Assembly: GCA_033442325.1 (NCBI GenBank)
Contig: JAWQFM010000030.1
Span: 582,419 to 605,451 of the forward strand
Reading direction: 5' to 3'
Origin: Salpingoeca rosetta
Taxonomy: Eukaryota > Protista > Choanoflagellata
DNA: 23,033 bases
Below are positions 1 through 17,709 of the stretch, piece by piece (positions within the stretch are counted from its first letter, which is position 1; the number at the start of each line of letters is the position of its first letter). The notes below the pieces were generated by a model. The model saw only the letters and a program-made list of their open reading frames with translations. It did not search any database and was not told the origin of the DNA. A program made the position numbers and the translations under genes.

Positions 1-714
1 GGCGTGGGCAACATGTCCGCGCAGAAGTCATCATCATCATATCATATCATCATCGACACGCACACAGCGCCAATCCACGGCCACCACGGCGCAATCACGC
101 CGCCCACAGCACGCGAGGGACACAGCAGCACATTGCCTGCAAGCAGCAGAGGCGGTGTGCCTGCAGGCAGCGAAACTTCCGCCACCAACACCACGGCCAC
201 ACCACCGCCATCGCAGCCGATTGAGCGGGAAATGGCAGACATGCATGCGGTACACTTGTTGGCGTCGTCGTCATCACCCCCACCATCATCGATGAAGGTT
301 CCTGCTGCGCTGTTGGCAGAAACCAACGTGGATGCTATCAATGATGATGATGACGATGATGACGATGATGACGATGATGACGACGATGCTGGTGCTGGTG
401 TTGTGAGAAGTCGTCAGCGTCATTGTGGTGCACTTCACGATGTCACACCAACACCAGCAAGTGTTGGTCGTGCTGGCGTCAACGGCGAACGGAGCGGCAC
501 CAGTTCACGTCACCCTGTTGGTGGAAGCCGTCATCGTTGCAGCACGGTTGTTGGCAGCGTGCAGCGGACGCGGAGTGGCGGTGGCGTTCCTGTTGTGGTC
601 ATGCACACGCCTGCGGCCGTCACCCCGCCTGCCTCTGTTGATGTGGAGCACATGGCTGCGCTTCAGCGTGCCTGGCAAGCCCAAATTTCCTCCTCCTCGT
701 CATCAGAATCCTAA
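1..714 (+). CDS. 3' terminal exon of a low-complexity (Ser/Thr/Pro-rich, poly-Asp) protein, 5'-truncated by the window edge
   Basis: Frame 1 is open from base 1 to TAA at 712-714. It has coding-like composition with an in-frame poly-Asp run (~343-387) and no dinucleotide repeats until just after the stop. No recognisable domain. Confidence 0.6.
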   Translation, partial: GVGNMSAQKSSSSYHIIIDTHTAPIHGHHGAITPPTAREGHSSTLPASSRGGVPAGSETSATNTTATPPPSQPIEREMADMHAVHLLASSSSPPPSSMKVPAALLAETNVDAINDDDDDDDDDDDDDDDAGAGVVRSRQRHCGALHDVTPTPASVGRAGVNGERSGTSSRHPVGGSRHRCSTVVGSVQRTRSGGGVPVVVMHTPAAVTPPASVDVEHMAALQRAWQAQISSSSSSES

Positions 715-735
715 CACGCATTGCGTTGTGTAAAT

Positions 736-850
736 GTGTGTGTGTTTGTGTGTAAATGTGTGTGTGTAAATGTGTGTGTGTATGTGCGTGTGTGTGTGTG
801 TGATGTGAATGGTGTGTGCGTGTGTGCTGTGTGTGCTGTGTGCTGTGTGT
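736..850. repeat. Imperfect (GT)n tract just after the gene 1 stop codon
   Basis: Direct observation. Confidence 0.85.
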
Positions 851-2239
851 GCTCATGGAAGAGAAGCAGCATCATGTGCTTCACAACAGCACAACCCTCC
901 ACACATTCACGACAAACAAGCAAGCAAGGATCCCTTCCTTCCACCTTCCCCACTACACTTCATGCTGCCGTTTTGCTTTGTAATGGACCGACCGTTTCTA
1001 ATTTTTCTCTTCTGTTCGCACTTTAAGTAAAACATCGATATGCCCGCGTGCCTGCATGCACGAAACCGTTCGCTACCATGTGCGTGTCAACTTGCTCACG
1101 ATTCACAACTTAAACGCCAGCTAGGCACGTATCGTCGCGTATTCCAAATCACGGTCACAGCTTTGTCCTGGTTTGAGCCTACATCACTTCCATTCGAGCG
1201 AAACATCGCCCCGTATGGCTGCGTATTGAAATCCGTTGGCGTTCACTTCCTCCACTTTGAGACGCGGTTGAGCGGACACATGCCCACCTTCCCTCTGGCG
1301 CATGCGCGTTCGTTGCAAGTGCTTTGCGACGTGTCGTGTGCGTCATGCATGTTGTGTGCGTCGTGCTGGGCGACCTTGCTTCTTGCTTGCTTGTGAGTGG
1401 GCGTCTTCCTTTGCAGTTCTTTCTTCGCGGCGGCGTGTTGGTTGTTGGATTGCTGGCTTGATGTTTGTGTGCATTTGCTTGTGCGGTTGCTTGCTTCGCG
1501 CTTTGTTCACGAGTTGGTTGGTGCGATAGCTGAGTTTCCACGTACCCGCTCCCTTGCTCGCCTCCACACAGTTGTGCTCGCCTTCCTTCTTTCGACTTCC
1601 AACTTGCTCGTGCGCGCGAGCTGGTCTTGCCCACATTGATGTACACAACGTGGTCGGGCGCAGCCAAGGTCTATCATCTCACTCAGCGAGCAACAAGCTC
1701 TCGCTCTGTGTGCGCATGTGTGCGCGTGCGTGTGTGACACGTCCCCTCTTTGTCTTTTGTTCCCTTCTTCCCATCGACCCCTCATCTGTCCTTCCCATCC
1801 TTCCTTGCATCCGCGCATCCATCCTTCCTTCCTTCGCCTGTTGTTTGTGTTTGTGTGTGACAGACAGCGCCGCCCCCTGTCGCACTTTTGTTTGTCTTGC
1901 GACTGTGTGTGCGATTGCGACGCAACGCCGCCACCGCCCCTCCCCCACTCAACAATTGTCGATCAAACAAGAGCAAACCCGACACAGCAAGAAGACAGCA
2001 GACGCAAGCGCTCGTGTGTGCATGCGTGCGCGTCTTTCTCTTCGCTCTTCCCTCCCGCCTTCGTCCTTGCGTTTGCTTCTGACAACTGGTCTTCTGACGG
2101 CTGGTCGTCTCTCAATCTTGTGAGAGAGGTGTGGTCACATTTCTCCGCTGCCACAATCACACAAGCACACCCACACGTCGTCCAAACGCCTGTGTGAGCT
2201 TGCCTCCGAAGGTTTGTTCTTTGTGACTATGTCTGTCTG

Positions 2240-2350
2240 CGTGTGTGTGTGTGTGTGTGCGTGCGTGTGTGTGTGTGTGTATGTGCGCATGTGTGTGCGT
2301 GCGTGTGTGCGTGCGTGTGTGTGTGCGTGTGTGTCTGTGTGCGTGTGCGT
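2240..2350. repeat. Imperfect (GT)n/(GTGC)n microsatellite
   Basis: Direct observation. Confidence 0.9.
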
Positions 2351-2570
2351 CTCCCACCTCCTTGTGTGCATCTTGGTTGCGCCTGTCCGTCACATCCACG
2401 CCCCTTCAGAATCGACAGTGTCATCGCCCCACCACCCACATAGTCCAACCCCCCCCCACACACAACACTCGTGTCTTGCGCACATCATGAAGATGAAGGC
2501 TTCCATGCTTGCTTTCCATGCTTGCTTTCCATGTTCCATTTTTTCCTATCCTTCTCACCCAACTGTTGCT

Positions 2571-2618
2571 CACCACCATCACCACCACCACCACCACCAC
2601 CACCACCACCACCACCAC
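2571..2618. repeat. (CAC)n microsatellite ending at a candidate CAG acceptor; a second (CAC)n tract lies at ~3534-3570
   Basis: Direct observation. Confidence 0.9.
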
Positions 2619-3353
2619 AGCGCCGTTGTTGCTGGAGAGGACAGCCGCGCAAAAGCAACACCACCAACACCAGCACCAGCACCAACAACAGCAATACCAG
2701 CAACATCACCAACAACCAGCAGCCATCAACCAACAGTCACCATCATCCATCCACCTACCTTCCGTTGCTTGCTTTCCAGCCACGTAGGTACTCCCTATTC
2801 GTGCCTCCATCCGCATGAAACGAACGGTCGTGCCATTCGTTTTGACTCAGCTCGCACACCATACGTTCCACACAACAACCACCACCACAACCACAAGCGC
2901 CAAGTCCAATGATTGCAGGGCGTGTCCAAAACCAATGTTGTCCCTGTTTGCAAAACCCACAAATTCAAAATCAACCTATCTGCCTACAGACACAAACACG
3001 TGATGCGTTGTTGTGATGATTCCCCAACCAACGCAAACACAGGGCGTCACATGCAGTGTTGTTGTTGTGTTGTGTTGTTGTGTGACTCACGGACAATCAC
3101 CTTGCCTTCTCCTTTCCCTCTTTTTTTTCTCGCGCCTTCAATTCTTCAACTTACATCGTCTGTTGTTCAGTGTCCCTTCATACCACCACCCATCACCGCC
3201 AACCCTCTTGTATCTCCTTGGATACAAAGATCATACCACACAGAGCTCACCACACAAGCGCGCATTCATTGCTACGTCGTAACCTTTGCTGCCAAGAAAG
3301 GTGTGTGTTCCCATTGTCCGGTTGTCCGATTGTCCTGCTATTTTAGCATGCGC

Positions 3354-3384
<31 letters not shown>

Positions 3385-3800
3385 ACGCTGTTTCGTCTGC
3401 ATTTGCGTGCCTTGACTGTGGATGTGTAGTTCGCGCATGATATCCGTTCATTGGTTGCATTCTGTCTGTGGCTTGGTTGAGTCACATCAATACAACAACA
3501 CCAACAACATCCGCAGACTCGTCGCAGTTTCTGCCACCACCACCACCACCACCACCACCACCACCACCACACCCATTTCTCGACCTCACACGGTTGTGCC
3601 CCGACCTGCCATGCATTTGTTCAGCAGCGTCTTCCCGGAGAGAAAACACGGCCACCAAGCAACAGCAAAGGCCCGAAGCAACAACGGCCGCAGACGCCAA
3701 TTAGCCACAGGAACATCAAACGCCACCGCAGCAAGCAGCAAGGTGCTTGCTTGCAAGCAATCAAAAGGAACAGACAAACCCCCTGATCCGTTGAGAAGCC

Positions 3801-8489
<4,689 letters not shown>

Positions 8490-9713
8490 TGGAGGACTTC
8501 AACAGCGCTGACAATGAGCGACCAAAAGTACAGCACTCGAAGTCATGTCTGGAACATCATCAGATGTGTGTTGTTTTCTTCATTTCAATGACGATCACGT
8601 TGGTGGTTTGGATTTGTTTGCTTCAGACCACATGCTTCGTACGTGGTGCCCATATCATCTCGTCATTTCGTTGTTGGCTGCGCTGTGCGTGTGCCCTGTC
8701 CAGCCATATTATCGTTTTTGCAACGAGCACAGTGCATGTACGTACAGTGTTGTGAACCTAGAGCCGCCTTTCACATGCTTGCATAACGAAGGCGTGGAGG
8801 GTGAGGTAGGTGTGTCTGTCTGTGTCTGTCTCTCTTGCTGTCTTATTCACCGTTTGGGGTTGACTCCTCAAGCGTGCGTTGGCCGAAGGTTGTTTATCGC
8901 CACGTTGTAGCTTCTAGATAGCTGCTTTCCCCTTGCTACATGCGTCTCCTCGTCATTCCTCACTTGCCCATATTTGGAGGGCACAAGTCATTGTGGCCCA
9001 TGCTTATTAACAAGTGTGCATGTTTTCTTTTGCTTCTGCTTGTTCCTCGACATGCGTTGCATGCACGCGCTGGGTTTGCTTCGCACATGCACCGTCGCGG
9101 CTTTGGTGCCCATTGTTTTGCCATGTTCTGATTTCATCGAGCTTGTTTCCGTGTCTCACGAGCGTACGCGCAAGTGGGCACTTTATTTAGCCGTTGTTGT
9201 GTACATGGGCTTGTTTTCCTCGTTTAATGGTTGTCTGCCTCAAGGCCTCCAGCCACTTGCGTTCGCGCGTGGTGCACGTGTTGTTTGCTGTGACATGTCA
9301 TTGTTTCATCCTCGTTATTCCTATCCGCTCATCTCGCGTGTACATGCTGTCATTTTTTTCTTATTCGCATCTTCTTCCACATTGCTTGCCTCGGCTGCCT
9401 CAACATGTGTTATTGTGCGCGTACTCAACCCACACTGCTGTCTGATCCTATTCATGGCGCCATTTCTGTTTTGTGCTCTTGCTTCTTATTTTGTTCGTCC
9501 ACGCATCAAGCAGCATAATTGCTTGCATGCATGCATGCGTTGTCTTATTGTGACTGTTCTCCCCACTACCTCCTGCCGCAAACAGATGGATGGTTGTTGG
9601 AGGACGCACACCGTTTTGCACAGTAAACACATGACATGACCCATTTACTGTACGTGTGTGTGTGTGGGTGTGTGGGTGTGTATGTGTGTGTGTGGGTGTG
9701 TATGTGTGTGTAT

Positions 9714-9745
<32 letters not shown>

Positions 9746-9961
9746 CTGTCTGTGTTTCGAGGGGACTGAGAAAGGAGTGTATGACTTGAAAGAAATGCTT
9801 CACATAGAACGCATTTGCACAAACATGACAACCTTTGAACCACTAAGCATCAATTCCGACTTGAGTGTTTGAGACATGAAACACGTGGGGAACAGCAGCC
9901 CTAACAACAGAGACAGACACACACACACACACACAGACACAGAAGGCGAATGCATGGCGGT

Positions 9962-10305
9962 TCACGATGCGTGGGAGACAGCCTTGCGCTCCATTGCTTT
10001 CCGTCGTTGCCTGCAGGCACACAAATTGCGTGATGGACACACAAATAGGGTTGAGATTAGCGAAGACAACACACTGGGGTGAAGGCAAGCACCGCAATGA
10101 AAACGCAGGAAGGGAGGTGAATGCATGCAGTCAAACATGACAGTGCAGGTTTGATAGTTGGGGGGGGGGGGGATTCGCGATGCTTGCAAGCAATTTGTGT
10201 TTGCGTACACTTCAAGGAAGGATTGGCCGCGCGGTGCTGCGTTGTTCCGCTCCCGCTCCCGCACACTCAACTTTTGCTGCTCAACGGACAGCGAAATCCT
10301 GCATG

Positions 10306-10345
<40 letters not shown>

Positions 10346-10569
10346 GGTGTTATGCGTGGCAATGTGTGCTCGATGCATGCCCCTGCATGTACGCACAGAG
10401 CAATTGTCATGACCCGCGCCAACATGAGCAAAAGTGTCATTGCAGTCTCACCATGCTGACGTCATCAGCCGCTGTTCGCGTTCAAATCGCGCGCGCTGTC
10501 GATCGAGCTCGCTCGTCTGAATGAAGGAGGGGGGGGGGTATGTATGCGTGGGTGTGTGGATGTGTGTGT

Positions 10570-10606
<37 letters not shown>

Positions 10607-10792
10607 GGCTCGTCCTCGCCATGTCCGGGAAAACACAGTCGCTCGACTTGATGTGTAAGGCGGCAGGACGCTTAACCCAAACTGACCAGTGTGCAGTGGA
10701 ATTTTAAACCACGTTGCCGTGTGTGCGTGGGTGTGAGTGTGAGTGTGCGTGTGCGTGAACGAAGGCTGTCAGCCGCAAGTTTGTTGCCGGCG

Positions 10793-10835
<43 letters not shown>

Positions 10836-12708
10836 GCATTCACACATCCCTGTCGTTGACCACGGTAAACGGAGCAAGCAGCTGCACCTTTGTGGCGATT
10901 TCTGCCTCAAGATCTTGAATCTTCTGCTGAAGCATTTGGATGTATTTTCCACCCTCCTAAGTGGTGGCAAGTGCCAAAGGATAGCACGTCCATGGGAGTT
11001 GATGTGCATATGCACGAGTGTGAGTGTGTGTGTGTGTGTGCGCATGCACAAGGTACACGCACAGCAAGCAAGAGGGTTTGTGTGATGCCATCCATACACG
11101 CAATGACACAGCAGCTACTCACCCCACTGCCATCGCCAGAGGTTGCAGCTGCAGCCGCAATCTTCTCATTCTCCAGCCGCTTGTAGTCCACACGCGCCTG
11201 GCGCAGTTGCTCTGCACACACGCGCACACACACACACAACAAACATACGTTGAGACACACACACACACACAGTAGCTGCGAGGCATTGCGTGACAACAGC
11301 GCTGAAGAGCAACGACAGCAGCGCACCTTTGACACGTTGCAGCTCGTCACTGCTGCCACCGCCACCGGCACCACTCTCCTTCAGTGCCAGGATCCTGATC
11401 AGCAACCAATGCACGATCAGTGGTGCGTTGGTTGTGAGGTGGTGATAATGAAGTGGAGTTGAGTGAAGATGGAGAAGCAACACACACACACACACACAGC
11501 GCATGCAAGCACACACACACACACACAGCGCATGCAAGCACACACACACACACATACACACACTCACACACACACCAACACCCAGCGCATGCAAGCACAC
11601 ACACACACACACATACACACACTCAGAGCACAGCGCACAGGGCAACTTACTTGCTGTTGAGCTCATCCTTCTGTGTGAGGATGGTTGTGATCTTCTTCAT
11701 CTGGTCTGCGTTCTCACGCGCAAGCTGATTCTTCTCCTCCATCAGGGCAGCGTGCCTGCAGGCAAAAAAACAAAAAACAAAGTGAGGCAAGATGTGGTGA
11801 TAGAGAGTGTGTTATTTGGTCAGCGCGTGCGTGAGTCCACGCACGCGTGTCGAGCGAGTCATAATGACTGTTGTGTCAGGGCTGACAGTGATGGTAGAAT
11901 ATTGAATGCAAAGACAGCACACATGGCACACGAAGTACACAAAGCGAAGCTCCTTCATGGTACTCAATGCCTGCAAGCAACACCGGCTCACCTCTCTTTG
12001 AGTTGTGCCAGCTCGTTGGACACCTTCTCCAGCTGTTGTGAGCAGGACGCAGCGAGAACAGCGGGGTTGAGTTACAGGAAACACACGGCAAGCACACAGG
12101 GCCACACTGGCACTTGTCACACGGCAGGGTAACAGGCACAAGAGACAACACACACACTCACATACACTTTCTCTCTCTTTCACACACACACACACTCACT
12201 CACTCCAAGCAGTCAGTCACTCACTCACTCAACCAAGCAACCACCGTTGCCCTCCCCCTCTCTTTCTCTCTTTCTCATCCTCTTCACCGCGGACAGCGGA
12301 CCGTGTTGAGTTTGTCCTGCACATCCTTCATCGCTGCATCTCGCGCCTTCTCAACAACCTCTTTCTGGTCAAGCCCGACCAGGCTACGGATGGTTTGTTT
12401 TGGTGTGTGTGTGTGGGGGGGGGGAGGGGGAAGCGAAGTGGTGGTGAGTGTGGGGTGTGAGTGAAGTGGTGGTGGTGAGGTCAGACGTTCGCATGCTAGT
12501 GCGGCATTTGTACAGGCCCAGACACACAGGCAGCAGCAAGTGTACGCAGCACATGGATACCTACACATGTACACACACACACCACACATGCACAAGGTTT
12601 CTCTCTCTTTCTGTACCTAAGTTTCTTCTGTGCTTCCAGCAACTTTTCTTGAGACGCCGACAGCTGCGATTTCAACTTGTCGCACATTTCCGATTTCGTT
12701 GCCTGCAA

Positions 12709-12763
<55 letters not shown>

Positions 12764-13401
12764 CACATACACGCGCGCGCGAGGGGGAATCGAGCACGGG
12801 ATCAGTCGACCGTTGGGGGACGTGGTGCGCGACTCAAGCGTACAAGAGGGGCGTGCACGCACCTGTTCGCGACGGCCATCCACATACTCACACGGCACAC
12901 ACACACACACACACAGAGCGAGCCAGAATGTACGAAGTACGCGTTGTCAACTCACGAGCTCTTTGTTGGCAGCGTCAAGTTTTCGCTCACAGACGGCCAA
13001 TTTCTCAATGGCGACACCGCTAGTGGTCTGAACACCATCGCCCTCCCTGCAGATGATGATGACCATGGTGGTGATGACGATACATTGATGATGGTCAGTT
13101 GATGGCGACGTGAAGAAGACAAGGTCAAGGTTGTCGCATTGAACATGTGTGTCGTGACCGCGAGTTGGCGTGCAACACAAAAAAAGGGTGGCAGAGTCAA
13201 CGCATACACACACATACACACACGCACAGACACACAGACGTCTGCACGTACTTGAGAGACTTCACTTCGGTCTCCAGCTTTGCAATCGTCAGCGAGAGTT
13301 CCCTGCACGGATGTGGCGTGGTGCACCAGTCAATGAAAGGAAAGTCACAGACTTGCATGTTGTTGGCAGCCAGACAAGTGGGGAAGGGGACGGATGGCTA
13401 G

Positions 13402-13462
<61 letters not shown>

Positions 13463-13739
13463 CTCACTCTCTCACGTGGAGAGTATCGAACACGCACATA
13501 CGTGACCATACATACACGTCCACACACCCCTCCCCTCCAACCTCACCTATCCCGGCTACCAATACAGACCTGTTTTGCTTCTGCAGTTCCTGTTTTCCCT
13601 TCTGCGCGGCGTCTGCCATGGCCTTGATCTTCGCCACCTTCTGGTCAACATCGCCGCCCTCCACCTGCGCCTTGAGCGTCGCGTTCTCGTGCTCCAGTCG
13701 GATCAGTCGCTCAAGGTCGACGCCGCCGCTGCCAGTCGT

Positions 13740-13788
<49 letters not shown>

Positions 13789-14346
13789 TAAGAGTGTGAG
13801 TTACCATGTTCCTTCCATTCGTTACATCATCAACACCACGCAATACATGCCCCCCACATGCATGCCTGCAGGCAAAACCGTACCCGAGGCCAGCAGCGCT
13901 GATGTCGCCTGCGGACGAGAGCTCCAGCTGCTGTTCCAGCGCGCCCTTCTCCCGAAGCAGTCGCTGACGAGCAGATGACGAGTAAAACCGGTGGGGGGGG
14001 GGGGTGAGGTTTGATGGTTTGCAATGATGTGGTATGAATAAGCAGGTGCGGTGTGAGTGGTAGGGTGGGGGATGTGGGATGTGGAGGGAGTGAGGATGAG
14101 GTGTGATGGTTAGAGGCTGTCATAATCAGCGCGCATGCGCAGCATCGAAAGGGAATGCAGCACACCGTGCAACAATGAGCACAACCCACAGCACCACCAC
14201 ACACAACCAAATTCAGGTTTACGCACCGTCTTGTCTTCCTTGAGGCGTGCGCACGTGTCGCGCTGCGTGTCGGCCTCGTGCTGCAGACGATCGCTCCTCT
14301 TCTGCTCATCGAGCAGTTCCTCCTCAAGCGCTGCCAACTGGTGAGG

Positions 14347-14431
<85 letters not shown>

Positions 14432-14524
14432 CGGTGGGGTTGGTGGTAGTCGGAAGTGACGGTGGTGAGTGGAAAGACGCTGGCAGCAACAAGGCACACA
14501 CGTACACACACTCACCACAGACAC

Positions 14525-14579
<55 letters not shown>

Positions 14580-15078
14580 AACCTTCTTTGATGTTTCGGC
14601 GAGCTCCTCTTGCAATTCATCCACGCGTTTCTCCTTTGTTTCAAGTTCAACAATGCGTTTGATGTTTTCGGCGTTTTGTTCCTGGGCGGACATGGCCTGG
14701 CGTTTCAGTTCCACAGCCTCCTCCAATTGTGTTTTGAGCGTGGCGAGGCGCGATTCAAGGGCAGGCACCTGATCGGCCTGTTGACGCAGCTCCTGCATTT
14801 CATCAAGCTGTTTCTGGTGCTCGGCAGACTCCGCCCTGCATGTGTGCATGTATGTGCATGTGTATGTGTATGAGTGGCCGTGAGTGGTGGTGACTGATGT
14901 ACAACTGGCATCATCATCTTTCATCACGATTCCCACACGCAAGCCCCCACTGTAGATGCATCATGCTGACTGCGTACATGGCGCGGTCGAGCTGCCTGTT
15001 CATCTCTGCGAGTGCGCGTTGGCAATCCTTCTTCGTCGCCTCGTGGTCCTGCAACCATCACACCAGGCAACGTGGTGG

Positions 15079-15114
<36 letters not shown>

Positions 15115-16317
15115 CGATGACGATGACAAGGCAAATAATGGTGTGCAAATGCACAACAGCAATGCATACAACGTGACACACGTGCCTTTGCGCGATGACA
15201 TGCAAAGACATGCGTGCACAAACTACACTATGTAGAACACATGCACGCAAGCACACCCTGTCACGCTCCACCCAACCTCCACCCAGCCTCCATCCAGCCA
15301 ACACCAACACCAACACCAACACCAAAGCATCAAGCGAGCACGGCGTCGTTGGCCGCCCCCCTTCCCCACCTGCTGTTCGGCCTTGAGTGCATCCTCCATC
15401 TCTGCGAGTGCGGTGGTGAGATCGTGAATGCGCTGCTGGTCCTCCTCGCTCGACCCGCTCCCGCTCGCTTCAGCAGCTGCCAGCGCGGCCTTCGTCTCTC
15501 CAAGCTCCCGCTGGTGTCCAGGGGGTGGGGGTGTTGCGTTGGGGATGCGAGTGAGTGAGTGAGTGTGAGTGTGTGTGAGTGAGTGAGTGAGTGTGAGTGT
15601 GAGTGTGAGTGTGAGTGTGAGAGTGAGTGAGTGAGTGAGTGAGTGAGTGAGTGTGTGTGTGTGTGTGTGTGTGTGAGGGAGTGTGAGAGTGAGTGAGTGT
15701 GAGAGTGAGTGAGCGTGTGTGTGTGTGTGTGAGTGAGTGGCTGCGTGCGTGTGCACGTGAGGTGCCGACCAAGCGCCACCGCTGTTACACCACTGCCATC
15801 ACACCACCGATCACCACTGATCACCACCGCCACCAGCCTGGTCGCACCTCCAGCTCTCTGTTGTCGTCAACAACGGCGTCGTGTTCAATCTCGAGATGAC
15901 GCAATCTGCAGCGTTGCATGCAGGCAATTCGCCACAAGGGCATGGGAGTGTATGTCGGTCGGCACCACGTGAGTGAGGCGAGTGGTTGAGGAAGGAGACG
16001 AGTACAGGAAGGGATGCAACCCCCTGCGTCACGACACGACCACCATCACCACCATCACCATCATCACCAACGACAGTCAGAACCACCACAGCAACAGCCG
16101 TTAACACCAACAGCACCAGCACCAGCACCAGCACCAGCACCACTTCCATCCATGCATCATCACCTATGACGCGTCTCGTCCAAGTCCTTCTGCAAGCGAG
16201 CGATGACAGGATCGTCGCCCTCGCTGCCTGCACGCACGCGCGTGACCTCCTCAGCACTGCACCGACACGTGGTGCGAGGTTTGGTTGAGTGTGGCACATG
16301 TGGCAGTGAATGGAAGC

Positions 16318-16381
<64 letters not shown>

Positions 16382-16830
16382 ATTACGCAAGGGAGGGGAA
16401 ATGGACACGTCGACGACCACCACCACGATCATGTCCCATCTGTGCGATGACGTACGCCTGTTGGAGGTGTGCCTGAATGGCCTGGATGCTTGACATGAGG
16501 TGTTGCGCAAGATCGTTGTCGGCCAAGATGCGCTGCACATACGTCTCCCGCTTACTCGACTGGCGGTTGAGAGGGGAGGGGGAGTGGGTTGCGGTGGTGT
16601 GTTGATGTGTGAGCGAAAGAGAGGAAGAACAGGTAGCATGTTGCTGGGAAACGTCAAGCGACGACGCACATGAAGCACACACAACACACACATGCACACA
16701 CACGCACATATACACGCACATATACACACACACACGCACGTGTGCGTGTCGGTGAAGGACTCACGTTAACGGCGCACGTGACGAGAAGGCGGAGCAGAAC
16801 GGTCAGTTCATGCGCATCGCCTTCAACCAC

Positions 16831-16893
<63 letters not shown>

Positions 16894-17576
16894 GCTGGCG
16901 TATCTACGAGGCACTCTGGATGCACACATACATACACATACCCACACCACACACACTCACGCACCTGCTTCTTCGTTGGGTGTTGGGACTTCGTGTTCGG
17001 GAACCTTGAATTTGGCGGCAAGGAACGCCGCCAGCGTGTGCGACGCTTTTTGCACATTCATCATCTGCAATGTGTATGTGCGTGTGTGTGTGTGCATGTT
17101 GAGGGTGACAGTTACGTGGAAAACGGAAACGGATGACGATATCGCTGACTCGAGCGAGAAGTGGAGTGCATCATACAGACATGCACAAACACACACAAAC
17201 ACACACACACACACACAAACACACACAAACACCTGTACACAGCACAACAAACACACACGCTTACGTACACACCTTGGTGCGGTCGTTGCTGGCATCGCGG
17301 CGGACTTTGGCGTACAGGTCGTCCGTGAAGAACGAGGGAATGCTGATGAAAGAACAGGAACAGACAGATTGGGTGAGGGAACGCACACAGCAGCTGATAC
17401 GAGACCGCTGTGCAGAGCAGACTACATTACGACGTGACGTTGTGCAGGGCAGAACGACAATTTGAACGACAATATGCAAACTGGACTACATGCCACGGAA
17501 ACGACGAAAACACACACACACACACACACCAACTGACCCAACGAATGAGCATTTGCAGCTCCTTTGCCTCCGCCAT
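9962..17576 (-). CDS. HOOK: Hook family protein (N-terminal Hook/CH-like domain, long coiled coil; dynein-dynactin cargo adaptor), about 735 aa
   Basis: Minus-strand exons: 17576-17538 (or to 17530), 17342-17273, 17064-16965, 16829-16765, 16559-16456, 16256-16164, 15905-15848, 15510-15370, 15048-14978, 14835-14583, 14337-14227, 13963-13884, 13728-13570, 13302-13252, 13046-12956, 12702-12617, 12383-12302, 12032-11992, 11755-11651, 11394-11327, 11211-11123, 10926-10888, 10516-10452, 10298-10209, 10010-9962 (TGA). All GT-AG and phase-consistent from exon 2 on. Motifs match remembered Hook signatures: ELTVLLRLLVTCAVNSSKRETYVQRI (cf. [23 protein letters not shown]), ERLIRLEHENATLK (cf. LIRLQHENKMLK), REQRLMTSAW (cf. 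EEKLIxSAW), GQSFLEVQRR (cf. QSFLAxQR). The exon 1-2 junction is unresolved. Confidence 0.92.
11477..11620. repeat. Compound minisatellite in a Hook intron: three copies of CAGCGCATGCAAGCA separated by (CA)n
   Basis: Motif seen at about 11497, 11526 and 11583. Confidence 0.8.
12710..12761. repeat. (CA)n microsatellite in a Hook intron; similar tracts at ~10796-10832, 13404-13458, 13740-13785, 14522-14574, 16320-16380
   Basis: Direct observation. Confidence 0.9.
14346..14431. repeat. (GAT)n microsatellite, (ATC)n on the Hook sense strand, just upstream of a 3' splice site
   Basis: Direct observation; acceptor AG at 14339-14338. Confidence 0.92.
15549..15739. repeat. Compound (GTGA)n/(GTGTGA)n/(GT)n microsatellite in a Hook intron
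   Basis: Direct observation. Confidence 0.9.
16831..16893. repeat. Perfect (TGA)n microsatellite running directly into a Hook acceptor (sense ...CATCATCAG)
   Basis: Direct observation; exon begins at 16829. Confidence 0.92.
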
Positions 17577-17677
17577 GGTTGCCTATCTTGAACACGCGGT
17601 TTCAATGCCACCACTTAACCTCCTCTTATCGAACTGTGTTGCCTCTGCCTCTGTGCTTGTGTGCGTTTGCTTTCGAT

Positions 17678-17709
<32 letters not shown>

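Noticed and set aside
8490-9961. Hydrophobic ORFs such as 8974-9639
   Set aside because: No motif, non-ATG start, T-rich; best explained as convergent 3' UTRs and intergenic sequence.
11477-11620. Repeat-spacer pattern resembling a CRISPR array
   Set aside because: Spacers are (CA)n, there are only three short repeats, it lies in a eukaryotic intron and no cas genes are present.
11935-11991. Possible extra Hook exon (ALSTMKELRF) after a 21-nt GT-AG segment
   Set aside because: The intron would be too short and the phase gives an immediate stop; 11992 splices in frame to 11755.
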